This document shows, in pieces, positions 9,847-18,152 of a stretch of 36,605 bases of DNA. This DNA is from Pseudomonadota bacterium. Its GTDB lineage: Bacteria > Bdellovibrionota > FAC87 > UBA2466. The stretch spans positions 1-36,605 of the forward strand of contig JAYSWN010000066.1 in assembly GCA_043718025.1 (NCBI GenBank), written 5' to 3'. The notes below the pieces were generated by a model. That model was not told the DNA's origin. It did not search any database and was given only the letters and a program-made list of their open reading frames with translations. The translations under genes were made by a program, and so were the position numbers. How positions within the stretch are numbered: the first letter of the stretch is position 1; the number at the start of each line of letters is the position of its first letter.

Positions 9847-10169
9847 ATGGCGATTGCTCCCATCGTCGCTAGAAACAGGGTTATAAAAAATCCGAACTCT
9901 GAAAAAAAAGTGAGGTTCTCCTGCGCCGAAACGCGAATGACTTGGGATAAAGTTCCGCTCGTCACCCGGTACGTGCCCGGCACCGCTAAACTAAACTGCA
10001 CACTCCAGCCATCGGCGGAGGGGTCCGGCATCACCGCGAACGTCTCCTGCGTTTGCGCGGTCACCGGAGTGACGATGATTTTGTGGCGAGTGGAACCCTT
10101 CGTGATTACCGTAATGGGTACGCCGGTACGGTAGCTTTCGGGAAAGATTTGCAGGGTTGCCGCGTTCAC
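9792..10169 (-). CDS. Small beta-sandwich-like protein with C-terminal TM anchor (~125 aa)
   Basis: Track ORF 9792..10205. GTG at 10169 overlaps the stop of the 34-aa ORF (GTGA). PGTYRV motif; C-terminal helix FFSEFGFFITLFLATMGAIAIWLI. Confidence 0.7.
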   Translation of the reverse strand: MNAATLQIFPESYRTGVPITVITKGSTRHKIIVTPVTAQTQETFAVMPDPSADGWSVQFSLAVPGTYRVTSGTLSQVIRVSAQENLTFFSEFGFFITLFLATMGAIAIWLIKRQTKRTVPKVGFS

Positions 10170-10270
10170 TGCTCTGGCCTCTCTTTTCTCTTCTTCAAGT
10201 GCCACAAAATAAAGGCAGTGCCGCTTACCAAAATCAGCTCAATCGTGTGTACCCAAAAGTCAAAACTCAT
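10166..10270 (-). CDS. 34-aa single-TM micro-protein (not in ORF track)
   Basis: MSFDFWVHTIELILVSGTAFILWHLKKRKERPEQ*. GGAG RBS; ATGA overlap with the upstream stop at 10267 and GTGA overlap with the downstream start. Confidence 0.7.
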   Translation of the reverse strand: MSFDFWVHTIELILVSGTAFILWHLKKRKERPEQ

Positions 10271-10782
10271 AACCACTCCAAGTAAGGAAGCAACCCAAAC
10301 AAGAAGGTAAGCGCGCCGGCTGCGCCTAACCAGGCCGCACTCGCTTTGGCTTGGTTTCCCGTGGTGCTAAGAAGAAGGATACAGAGAATGCCTACCGGGA
10401 CTGAAGTGAGTAGATGGCTAAAGGTGAGCCATCCGGTGTGCCGACCCTGGAGGGTCGCCATTAACTCATAACCGGCGAAGGCAATTCCACCGCCAGCCAA
10501 AAATGACGAGGCGTTGGTCATCACCTTTACTTTGCGCATCGAGAGCCAGAGTAAAAAGGGGTGTAAAAACCAAAAATCGAGTTTGGCGTAGGGACTGGTG
10601 CGCAGGCGAGTGGTTTTGAGCACTAAAGGAATCAACGCTTTGTGAAGAAGGACATAGAAAAAGAGCACGACCAAAAATGTTTTGGTGATTTCCCAACGCG
10701 ATTCTCGAGACGACACGGCAGTTGGCTGTCTTTTTCGTGGTTCGGGAAGATCGGTAACGGCTAGCTTATCGCCTTCAACCAT
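10267..10782 (-). CDS. Polytopic membrane protein (~171 aa, ~5 TM)
   Basis: Track ORF 10267..10848; ATG 10782 follows GGGGAG; several hydrophobic helices. Confidence 0.7.
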   Translation of the reverse strand: MVEGDKLAVTDLPEPRKRQPTAVSSRESRWEITKTFLVVLFFYVLLHKALIPLVLKTTRLRTSPYAKLDFWFLHPFLLWLSMRKVKVMTNASSFLAGGGIAFAGYELMATLQGRHTGWLTFSHLLTSVPVGILCILLLSTTGNQAKASAAWLGAAGALTFLFGLLPYLEWL

Positions 10783-10919
10783 TGTTTCAAATCTCCCCAG
10801 GCATAATTGACGGAATAGAAAATACAAAAGGCAATAAATAGGGTCCAAGCGAGGCGAATCACGCGTGGTACGGCATTTCCTTGGTAACGTAAAAAATCTT
10901 TTTCTTGGGATTCGCTCAT
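10761..10919 (-). CDS. 52-aa single-TM micro-protein, reminiscent of the CcoP/FixP N-terminal segment (not in ORF track)
   Basis: MSESQEKDFLRYQGNAVPRVIRLAWTLFIAFCIFYSVNYAWGDLKQWLKAIS*. AAGGAG RBS; ATGA overlap with the stop at 10916. Confidence 0.75.
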   Translation of the reverse strand: MSESQEKDFLRYQGNAVPRVIRLAWTLFIAFCIFYSVNYAWGDLKQWLKAIS

Positions 10920-11137
10920 TTGCTATCTCCTTTTCGATTCGATTCTGCCTCGATGGCGAAGCTTGAGATCTCTTCTGAATCTTTGAGTCGGCCCGTCACC
11001 AATGACCAGACCAAAATCAATACCGAAGCCCCCACCAGCGCTCCGATAAAGACGAGCAAAAAGGTTCTTACCGGACCAGAGTCAATGCCACAGACCAAGC
11101 AAAACAAGGGGGGCGAGAAGGTGCTGCGGCTTTTCAT
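10916..11137 (-). CDS. CcoS/FixS-like small membrane protein
   Basis: TM helix followed by VWSLVTGRLKDSE (compare the CcoS WAxxxGQFDD pattern); ATGA overlaps on both sides; CLVC in the N-terminus. Confidence 0.6.
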   Translation of the reverse strand: MKSRSTFSPPLFCLVCGIDSGPVRTFLLVFIGALVGASVLILVWSLVTGRLKDSEEISSFAIEAESNRKGDSK

Positions 11138-11412
11138 CGGGGTTCGGCCTCATTTTCCAGCATGAGGTACTTCGCCTCTTCCCACTCTTCAGAGTAGTGA
11201 GATTGGCTAAAAACAAAGCCAAATACTTGGGCGGCAAGAAAAGCGGTAGCGAGCAAAGCGTAGAACACCAAGGCAATGGCCTCGTAATTCTGTTTTCCAA
11301 AAAATGATATCATCGCTAACGCGAGGCTCATCGAGCCAACGATCCCCAAAGCGAGCGCTGTCCAACGCCATTTTCTATTCCGCTGGGGGTAAGGTTTGCT
11401 GTTCGAAGTCAT
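11134..11412 (-). CDS. Two-TM small protein associated with the cbb3-type oxidase
   Basis: Two hydrophobic helices, then EEWEEAKYLMLENE; overlaps the 3' end of ccoO. Confidence 0.65.
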   Translation of the reverse strand: MTSNSKPYPQRNRKWRWTALALGIVGSMSLALAMISFFGKQNYEAIALVFYALLATAFLAAQVFGFVFSQSHYSEEWEEAKYLMLENEAEPR

Positions 11413-11989
11413 AAGCACTTTCCTTCCGATCTTTCATGGGAGACCCCAGCCACTGCAGATACGCCACCAAGGCTTTACCTTCTTTGTTGGGAACCACGTT
11501 CCCCTCCTTCTCGTCAAAAAACCACGGGTAGGTCGGCATGATCGACTGCGGCACGACGTTGGTGGGGCGGTAGAGATGGGCGTAATGCCAGTCGTTACTT
11601 TTTTTACCCGCCTCTCGGCTTAGGTCGGGGCCCACGCGCCTGGTTCCGAAAAGTTGCGGCAGATTGAGGCGGTTTTGAAATTCGCCCGGCAAGGAGACCG
11701 GTCCGTAACGCAGGTTTTCGTTGGCGGTAGGCCTGACGAACTGACTGTGGCAATGCCAGCAGCCTTCGGCGATGTAGGTATCGCGACCCTGAAACAAAGC
11801 GTCGCGATAAGATTGCAAATCTGAATACTCGTCGGCTGAAATTGGCGGCACTTCCATGGGCAATCCTTGATCGTCGCTGCCTTTTTCAATCATCCAGATA
11901 GGGACGGCGGCCAGCCCGAAAACGGCCACAAAGAATAAGACCAGACCGGCGCCGAGAAACACGGTGCTAAATTTTTCAATTCGTCCCAT
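11375..11989 (-). CDS. ccoO: cbb3-type cytochrome c oxidase subunit II (monoheme cytochrome c)
   Basis: N-terminal TM; GRDTYIAEGCWHCHSQFVRP, GTRRVGPDL and SIMPTYPW motifs. Confidence 0.93.
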   Translation of the reverse strand: MGRIEKFSTVFLGAGLVLFFVAVFGLAAVPIWMIEKGSDDQGLPMEVPPISADEYSDLQSYRDALFQGRDTYIAEGCWHCHSQFVRPTANENLRYGPVSLPGEFQNRLNLPQLFGTRRVGPDLSREAGKKSNDWHYAHLYRPTNVVPQSIMPTYPWFFDEKEGNVVPNKEGKALVAYLQWLGSPMKDRKESAYDFEQQTLPPAE

Positions 11990-11991
11990 TG

Positions 11992-13395
11992 CTAATTTCC
12001 CATCGTCAAAGCCGCGGGGGCAGTAAATTTGGTCTGGTTCTTACTCTCTCGCCAACTCAAATAAACATTCACGATAAAGCAAACCTCGCCGACTAAAATC
12101 ATGATTCCGGTGAAGGTACGCACCCACCAAAAGGGCACTGACGCACTCACGCTATCTATGAACGGCGACAGCGCTTTCCACATCATTCCCTGAACCACCC
12201 CGGCGGCCAGCAAATCAACCTGCATAATCGAGATGGCCAAGGCCAATAGCCAGAAGTGCCAACGGGCGAGTGAGTCGGAGTACCAATCTACTCCCCAAAT
12301 TCGGGGCAGCAGGTAGTACATCCAGGCCGTGATCCAAAAGCTAAAAGTGCCGAAGAGGACAAAGTGAGAATGGCCGACCACCCAATCGGTAAAGTGAATG
12401 ATACTTTGGGCCGAGAGCGTCACTTGCACGGCGCACTGGATGCAGGTGATGAGGTACGCCAAGGTGCCAAAAAATATCCAGCGCACCGGATAGTTGGTTA
12501 CTAACTGAGGCCAATCGGAGGCCAGGGTAGCAAAAATATTGAACACTACCGTGTAAACCACAACGTGAACTCCAATGCTCGCCACGATACTGAAGTATTG
12601 CGTCCACATGGGAATGGGAGAGAACAAGTAATGGTGGGCGCTGTTCATCGGATAGAAAAACGCCAGCCCCCAAAAACCGATTAGGGACAGCGCGTGACTA
12701 TAAAGGGGGCGTTTCATGACGACGGGCAGCAGGTAGTACACCATCGCAATTCCGAGCGGAGTGACGAATAGGCCCACTAGGTCGTGAATGTACATGGAGG
12801 AGATCGTTGCCCCCGAGGTTCCGGCAAAAAAATACTCGGGTAAAAAATTCCCCAGTACGTAAACTAGAGGCGTCCAAAGCAGGGCGGCGGTGATGTACCA
12901 CAGGCTTACGTACATCTTTCCGGCCCGGGCCTTGAAAATTGGCGTGATGAAATTAATCACCAGCCCGACGACCACCAGAGCGATAAAGGGATCAAGGATT
13001 TTTGGCGTTTCTGCCCACTCTAAACCCTGCGCATGCCCGCCCAGAATGAGGGCCACTGAAGCTAGGAGTAGGAACTGATAACTCCAAAACAGAAAGGAAC
13101 TCAGCTTTTTTGATAAAACCGGAAAGCCGGTTAACTTCGGAACGATGTAATAGAGCGTGGCGAAGAGTCCGTTTGCAAGCCATGCGTAAGCAACCGCGGT
13201 AGTATGGACCATGCGTACCCGACCGGGGCTCAAAAATGAGATTCCGGGGAACGGGTATTTTTGTAAAAACTGTAACGAATAGGTAAGGCCGGCCAGAATC
13301 ACAATCACCATGTAGCCGATGGCGGCGTAGTAGTGATTTTTGATCACGTCGTAATCTACGAGCTCGTCTTTGCGGCTGGAATTGACTTCATTCAT
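11992..13395 (-). CDS. ccoN: C-family (cbb3-type) heme-copper oxidase subunit I, divergent clade
   Basis: ~12 TM. All six His ligands present (GRVRMVHT, YIHDLVG, YPMNSAHH, TDWVVGHSH); helix VII Tyr present; adjacent to ccoO. Confidence 0.9.
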   Translation of the reverse strand: MNEVNSSRKDELVDYDVIKNHYYAAIGYMVIVILAGLTYSLQFLQKYPFPGISFLSPGRVRMVHTTAVAYAWLANGLFATLYYIVPKLTGFPVLSKKLSSFLFWSYQFLLLASVALILGGHAQGLEWAETPKILDPFIALVVVGLVINFITPIFKARAGKMYVSLWYITAALLWTPLVYVLGNFLPEYFFAGTSGATISSMYIHDLVGLFVTPLGIAMVYYLLPVVMKRPLYSHALSLIGFWGLAFFYPMNSAHHYLFSPIPMWTQYFSIVASIGVHVVVYTVVFNIFATLASDWPQLVTNYPVRWIFFGTLAYLITCIQCAVQVTLSAQSIIHFTDWVVGHSHFVLFGTFSFWITAWMYYLLPRIWGVDWYSDSLARWHFWLLALAISIMQVDLLAAGVVQGMMWKALSPFIDSVSASVPFWWVRTFTGIMILVGEVCFIVNVYLSWRESKNQTKFTAPAALTMGN

Positions 13396-14210
13396 TTGAG
13401 CGAATCTCCGTCTTGGTAAATGCCCGCAGCTCGGCCGCGAAGGTAAAAGATATAGGCCACTAAATCCCAGCGCTCTTTTTCAGCAATGGAATCGGCGTAG
13501 GCTGGCATTGGCGCGCCGTCTAAGCCGGTGCTAATTGCTTTGAACGCATCTTGGGCCGAGGGGCCACTCTTGAGGTTCACGTTAGCGAGGTTGGCTGGCT
13601 TAATCGGTCGCTCGTCAGAGTCCACCATGCCTTCGCTGCTGGGGCCGTCACCCCGTCCGTCAGTGCCGTGACAGGGTAAGCAGCTTTTTTCGTAAACCAC
13701 GAGTCCGCGTTTGGCGGCCGCGATCAGATTTGTTTTCTTGGCGAAGGTGTCGGCGGGAGGCGGCGGTAGCGTGATGCTAACTTGCGCGGCCAAGGTTTCT
13801 TTAAATTCGGGGCGTAAAGATCGTACGTAGGCTACGATCGCCAGCTTTTCTTGTTCAGCTAGCTCTTTGAATGGCGGCATGCTGCTGCCGCTGATGCCCT
13901 GATTGATGGTGCGCAGTAGATCGGTCACCGTGGGCAGGGTGCCCATGGCGGTAGATCGCAGTTTAAACGAGCCGCTCACTAAGTTTCGCGGACGGGGCGA
14001 AAGCATGGTCGCCGCCGGTCCATTTCCTTCGCCGGTCATGCCGTGGCAGCCTGAACAGCGATTCACGAAGGCTTCTCTTCCGCTTTCGATTAACTGTTGA
14101 TTGGCCATTGTCTGACTGAGGGTGCCCATCAGACTTCCGTGCGCTGCGCCCGAAATAAGGGTTGTGAGAAAAATTAATGACCGAGCACGATGCCTGCGCT
14201 TTGTTTTCAC
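13392..14210 (-). CDS. Exported diheme cytochrome c (probable CcoP surrogate)
   Basis: Signal peptide; two CxxCH motifs (CSGCH, CLPCH), each followed by a GxxMP distal Met motif; ATGA overlap with ccoN. Confidence 0.9.
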   Translation of the reverse strand: MKTKRRHRARSLIFLTTLISGAAHGSLMGTLSQTMANQQLIESGREAFVNRCSGCHGMTGEGNGPAATMLSPRPRNLVSGSFKLRSTAMGTLPTVTDLLRTINQGISGSSMPPFKELAEQEKLAIVAYVRSLRPEFKETLAAQVSITLPPPPADTFAKKTNLIAAAKRGLVVYEKSCLPCHGTDGRGDGPSSEGMVDSDERPIKPANLANVNLKSGPSAQDAFKAISTGLDGAPMPAYADSIAEKERWDLVAYIFYLRGRAAGIYQDGDSLK

Positions 14211-14232
14211 AATTTATTTCCTGGAAATTGAG

Positions 14233-15225
14233 TTAGATTTTGGTTCCGCTGACCATCCGAAGCTTGTGCTCTGCCTTTGGATGAGTCTGCCGTGCAGTTG
14301 ATTTTTTGCTCTTGGGATGAACGATCCACACCGGCTCTTTGGCTAAGCGAACCACTTTACGCACGACGCTACCGATGAGCGCGGTTTCGAGTTTACCTGA
14401 GCAGGAGGCCAGGGCGATTAAGTCCGCCTTTTTCTTTTTAGCGGTATCTACGATGCCTTCCGCGATATAGGCCGGCCGGTCGTCCAAAACGAGCTCTGCC
14501 TTCACTTTTGATTTTGCGGCGAGCGCGCACCATTTTTGACCACGTCTTTTGCGATCCGCTTTGTCGCTCTCTAAATAGTCTTGGTAGTGGCTCACTTTCA
14601 TCAATTCGAACGTTTGTGGCACAAAGTATTCAATTTTCGAATAGAGCGTGACACGAGCTTTCAACTGCGCCGCCAGCGCCACCACTTGTTCAAACGCTTC
14701 GTGAGAAGCGTCTGAGAAATCAGTGGCGAACAATAAGTGTTTAACCGCCTTGGTCTGCTTCGTAGTGGGGTTGATAACCAACACCGGAATGTCGGATTTC
14801 AGTAAAAGAGTTTCGGCAAAGCTGCCTAAGACCAAGCGATTCAACCCAGTTCGCGAATGACTGCCTACGGCTATCAGCTCCGCTTTGATGAAGTGGGCGT
14901 AATCAAGCAGCTCATCCACCACGCCTTGGGTTGAGATTCCATCTCTGGTGAGAATGGTCGGTGGCATAATTCGCCGATCTTTGAGTTGGGCGACCATTTT
15001 TTTAAGCTTTTGCACGATCTCGTTGCGCTGCGCCACAAGGTAGCCAGCGAAGGAGGCGTTTGGCACTTCAACCAATGGCCCCATTACGGCCACGGGCTCT
15101 ACCGAAGTCTGTTTAGGACCCAAAATTTTTGAAAGGGCTTTAAACGTCGAAACCTGCAGCTTGCTCTCTTTAGCCGTGGCATCAACGGCCCAAATAACTC
15201 GACCGCTCTTCATTTTCGAACTCAT
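14233..15225 (-). CDS. Tandem-domain universal stress protein
   Basis: IWAVD...GSHSRTGLNRLVLGSFAETLL...PVLVI, then LFATDFS...IGSVVRKVVR...PVWIV. Confidence 0.93.
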   Translation of the reverse strand: MSSKMKSGRVIWAVDATAKESKLQVSTFKALSKILGPKQTSVEPVAVMGPLVEVPNASFAGYLVAQRNEIVQKLKKMVAQLKDRRIMPPTILTRDGISTQGVVDELLDYAHFIKAELIAVGSHSRTGLNRLVLGSFAETLLLKSDIPVLVINPTTKQTKAVKHLLFATDFSDASHEAFEQVVALAAQLKARVTLYSKIEYFVPQTFELMKVSHYQDYLESDKADRKRRGQKWCALAAKSKVKAELVLDDRPAYIAEGIVDTAKKKKADLIALASCSGKLETALIGSVVRKVVRLAKEPVWIVHPKSKKSTARQTHPKAEHKLRMVSGTKI

Positions 15226-15254
15226 CCGAATGTCCTTTCGATGTAATGCCGAAT

Positions 15255-15270
15255 TGCAACCGATGTGCCA
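15255..15270 (-). promoter_or_regulatory. Sigma-54 promoter of the usp-cytochrome c-ccoNO operon
   Basis: Minus strand reads TGGCAC-ATCGG-TTGCA, a perfect -24/-12 consensus, 30 bp upstream of ATG 15225. Confidence 0.85.
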
Positions 15271-15299
15271 TGCTTTCCAGGCTAAATTACGGGTAGAAT

Positions 15300-15315
15300 T
15301 GTCTCTGGTGAGACA
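15300..15315. promoter_or_regulatory. Palindromic operator/enhancer TGTCTC-N4-GAGACA (TGT-N10-ACA type)
   Basis: Perfect 6-bp inverted repeat between two divergent sigma-54 promoters; a second TGTCTC half-site lies at 15339-15344. Confidence 0.55.
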
Positions 15316-15386
15316 CTTTAGCAGGGCGCGAGGCGTTTTGTCTCGTGTTGCCTGGTTAAAGTAAGTAGACTGGGCGGGGTCTGTGG

Positions 15387-15402
15387 TGGCTTCGCGATTG
15401 CA
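15387..15402 (+). promoter_or_regulatory. Sigma-54 promoter of the second USP gene
   Basis: TGGCTT-CGCGA-TTGCA with correct GG-N10-GC spacing, just upstream of ATG 15416/15437. Confidence 0.65.
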
Positions 15403-15415
15403 TTTCGAACTAAAA

Positions 15416-16351
15416 ATGAAAAACTTTAAAAAGCCGATGGACCAGAAAGTTGTCTGGGCCGTAGATGCCTTTCCAGAGTCACTAGAGACCCAAGTTCAGG
15501 CCGGTGGCGGCGCCCGTTTCTTTCTGGAGCATTCGGCAGCGGAAATTGAGCCGGTCTATGTTTACTGTCCGGACCCTCCCGGGATTTTCGTACAGGAAAC
15601 CCCGGACATCGATAGGCCGTGGTTAGATACCGGCCGCAAAAACCTTTCGATGCTGGTCAAGTTGGCTGGACTTCCCAGGGTTCAAAAACCGAAATTTATC
15701 AAGTCTACCGGCCTTTCGGTTCGGGCGATGGTTGAAAGCCTCGTCGACTTTGCTATCAACGCCAAAGCCGATTTAATTCTGGTCGGGTCAAACTCCCGCC
15801 GCGGCGTTGCGCGTCTGTTGATGGGCAGTTTTGCCGAAGAGCTGGTTTTAAAATCTCCTCTGCCCGTTCTGGTAACTTCGAAAAAGGCGGGTGTGACCAA
15901 CCAAAGCCACTTCAATACGTTTCTGTTTCCAACCGATTTTTCCGACAGTTCGCGAAAAGTTTTTGACGAGGTGGTGGATCGCGCTAAGAATTTGGGCGTT
16001 GAAATCGTGCTGCTACATCAAATCGAACTGTTTCATATCTCGTTGCCCTACCCCTTCGTAGTGCCTTCGGTGGGCAAAGAGGCGTTTGATGAAGTGGTAG
16101 CCCAGGCTCAGACCGCCGGAAAAGCGTGGATGGACTACGCCGATTCGCATGGGGTGGCGATCAGTTTTAATCTTGTACGAAAAATGGATGATGCGGCCAC
16201 CGTCATTGTGAAAGCGGCACGCAAGTTTCCGTCGTGCGTCATCGTGATGGCGTCTCGCTCGGGCCCAATTGAAACTAAAATTGTGGGTAGTAACACGCGA
16301 AAGGTGCTGCGCAGTGCCGCCTGTCCGGTATTGGTGCTGCATCCCGAATAA
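15416..16351 (+). CDS. Tandem-domain universal stress protein
   Basis: VVWAVD, GSNSRRGVARLLMGSFAEELV, FPTDFS, VGSNTRKVLRSAACPVLVL. Start is 15416 or 15437; the track start 15383 lies upstream of the predicted transcription start. Confidence 0.92.
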   Translation: MKNFKKPMDQKVVWAVDAFPESLETQVQAGGGARFFLEHSAAEIEPVYVYCPDPPGIFVQETPDIDRPWLDTGRKNLSMLVKLAGLPRVQKPKFIKSTGLSVRAMVESLVDFAINAKADLILVGSNSRRGVARLLMGSFAEELVLKSPLPVLVTSKKAGVTNQSHFNTFLFPTDFSDSSRKVFDEVVDRAKNLGVEIVLLHQIELFHISLPYPFVVPSVGKEAFDEVVAQAQTAGKAWMDYADSHGVAISFNLVRKMDDAATVIVKAARKFPSCVIVMASRSGPIETKIVGSNTRKVLRSAACPVLVLHPE

Positions 16352-16376
16352 GGCGAGGGAGCCAGAGAGTTTCGCC

Positions 16377-18041
16377 TTACTTTGTCCATTTCGCCCTGAG
16401 CTCGTCCGCTAACCACGGGTCATAGTTTGGCGTCGTTACGCCACGTTCAGTGGCAAAAGACGTTTGCGGTTTGGCCAGGCTGGGCTCGTTGCCCTGGACC
16501 AGAGCGCGGATTTTTTTTCCGGGAATTGAAAGTAACTCTTTTACCTTTTTAACCCGACGATCAAATGCCGAGCAGGTCTCTTTTGCCTTCTTGCCGATGA
16601 GGGATTCATCGATTGCCGATTGAATGTATGCGGCGGCAAAGGGCTCTCCCTTTTCTGAAGTCAGCGGAAGGCCAGTAAAATTTTCGAGTCCGATGCGCGC
16701 GGGCAACGGAATTTTTTTGGCTTGAGCGTGCAACTGATGATCAACCGTTTTTCCGATAACTTTAACGGCGTAATCTAGAAAATCAGACGCTTGTAGCGAT
16801 TGCTGCAGTAGTCGACGTGAGCTCATGATGCTTTCTATGAGAACTTTTGCCTTGCGGGTCATGGTGATGAGCTTCTCCATCTGCCTACCCACTTTTATTC
16901 CTAAACCCAATTTGCCCAGAGCGGGTAGCATTCCCACCAACGACAGCGTTACTAAGATGTAATCGGGGTTATCGGCTTTCATCTCGCGATAAATGCAGTA
17001 GCCTGAGCTTAGGGCTGAGCACAACGGACTGGGATCGATAATTCCCGCCATGTCTAGACCGAGCCCAATTGAAAGCTCGATAATTTCACGGTTGAGCGCG
17101 CGAACCTCTTTAGCAGACTTTTCAATTCCCTTTTTTTCTTCGGCTACGCGCTGCTCAACACCGCCTTTGAGCCGTTTCATGGTTTCGGATCTATTTGCCT
17201 CAAGAAAAACCCTTGCGGCTAGCGCGACCTTTGGGTCGCTGCTCTCACTTACCGTACTTGCCAATAGTGCCATGGCCGAAATGGAGTCAGGCGATTCGCT
17301 CCACTTTTTAAGAGCGCTATCTAGCTGTGCCTTTCCGAAGTGACGGGCCAGGGGCTGAAGTAGAAATCCCTCCGCCTCACCCATCCCCTTGGCTTTGAGC
17401 TCGGCAATAAAATTTTCTAACGCCCTTTCACGGGCTTGCGGGGAGAGCCGGTCAAGCGATTTGGAGTAGCCAGAAATAATGTTTAGTAGGCTGGGCGGCA
17501 GTTGGCTTGCTTTAAGCAGTTTTTTATTCGCTACATTTTGTAGTGAAACCGTCACCCAGTCGAGGGCGTGACGTTGAAGTTGACTGGCAACTTCTTCAGG
17601 GTTTTTTAAGGGGTGGCCATCGGGCAGGTAGCCGGTCACTTCGCTAACCAGCTGCAAAATATCGCCGGTTTCTGCGCCGGGAAATTCTTTTTGGGTGAGA
17701 TCGTAAGCACTTAATGAGAATTTGAGAATGCGGTCTGCCAACTTAGGATCACGTGAGGCGGCGTCGCGCAAAAACTCGCGAGCCATCGCGGCACTGCCGG
17801 TGTGATAGTGAGCCGGCGAAATCATGACCCCGATCAAACGATTCAACAATTGATCATCAAATTCAGCTTGCAGATTGTTTTTACACACCTCGTCGTCAGC
17901 GCTAGGGGTTGGATTGAGCCCAAAGTGTGCGGTTCCATGTGGCAGTTTTGACGCACGGGGCGTGCCTAAACTGGCGGCCGGCGGTTCGGCCATTAGTCCG
18001 ATGGGAAGCGATAGTAGTAAGAAGATGAACAAGATGCGCAT
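16377..18041 (-). CDS. Secreted helical protein with a pre-toxin-TG-like segment
   Basis: Signal peptide MRILFIFLLLSLPIGLMA; internal GLDMAGIIDPSPLCSALS...LSLVGMLPALGKLG. Confidence 0.75.
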   Translation of the reverse strand: MRILFIFLLLSLPIGLMAEPPAASLGTPRASKLPHGTAHFGLNPTPSADDEVCKNNLQAEFDDQLLNRLIGVMISPAHYHTGSAAMAREFLRDAASRDPKLADRILKFSLSAYDLTQKEFPGAETGDILQLVSEVTGYLPDGHPLKNPEEVASQLQRHALDWVTVSLQNVANKKLLKASQLPPSLLNIISGYSKSLDRLSPQARERALENFIAELKAKGMGEAEGFLLQPLARHFGKAQLDSALKKWSESPDSISAMALLASTVSESSDPKVALAARVFLEANRSETMKRLKGGVEQRVAEEKKGIEKSAKEVRALNREIIELSIGLGLDMAGIIDPSPLCSALSSGYCIYREMKADNPDYILVTLSLVGMLPALGKLGLGIKVGRQMEKLITMTRKAKVLIESIMSSRRLLQQSLQASDFLDYAVKVIGKTVDHQLHAQAKKIPLPARIGLENFTGLPLTSEKGEPFAAAYIQSAIDESLIGKKAKETCSAFDRRVKKVKELLSIPGKKIRALVQGNEPSLAKPQTSFATERGVTTPNYDPWLADELRAKWTK

Positions 18042-18152
18042 CGGCTTATGATAACTGATCTTGGTGGGCGACAATTTCTTTGACTTGAATAACGCAACGA
18101 GTTAAATTAATAGGGGTTTTGGGCAGTTAAACCCGTAACGGGAGTTGTGGCG

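Noticed and set aside
10783..10848. TTG start of the 193-aa ORF (and likewise GTG 10205 of the 137-aa ORF)
   Set aside because: Both run through better-supported small ORFs that have an RBS and coupled start/stop overlaps.
13392..14210. Calling the diheme cytochrome ccoP, or a Tat substrate (KRRH)
   Set aside because: It lacks the CcoP N-terminal TM region and lies upstream of ccoN; there is no S/T-RR-x-FL consensus, and c-type cytochromes normally use Sec.
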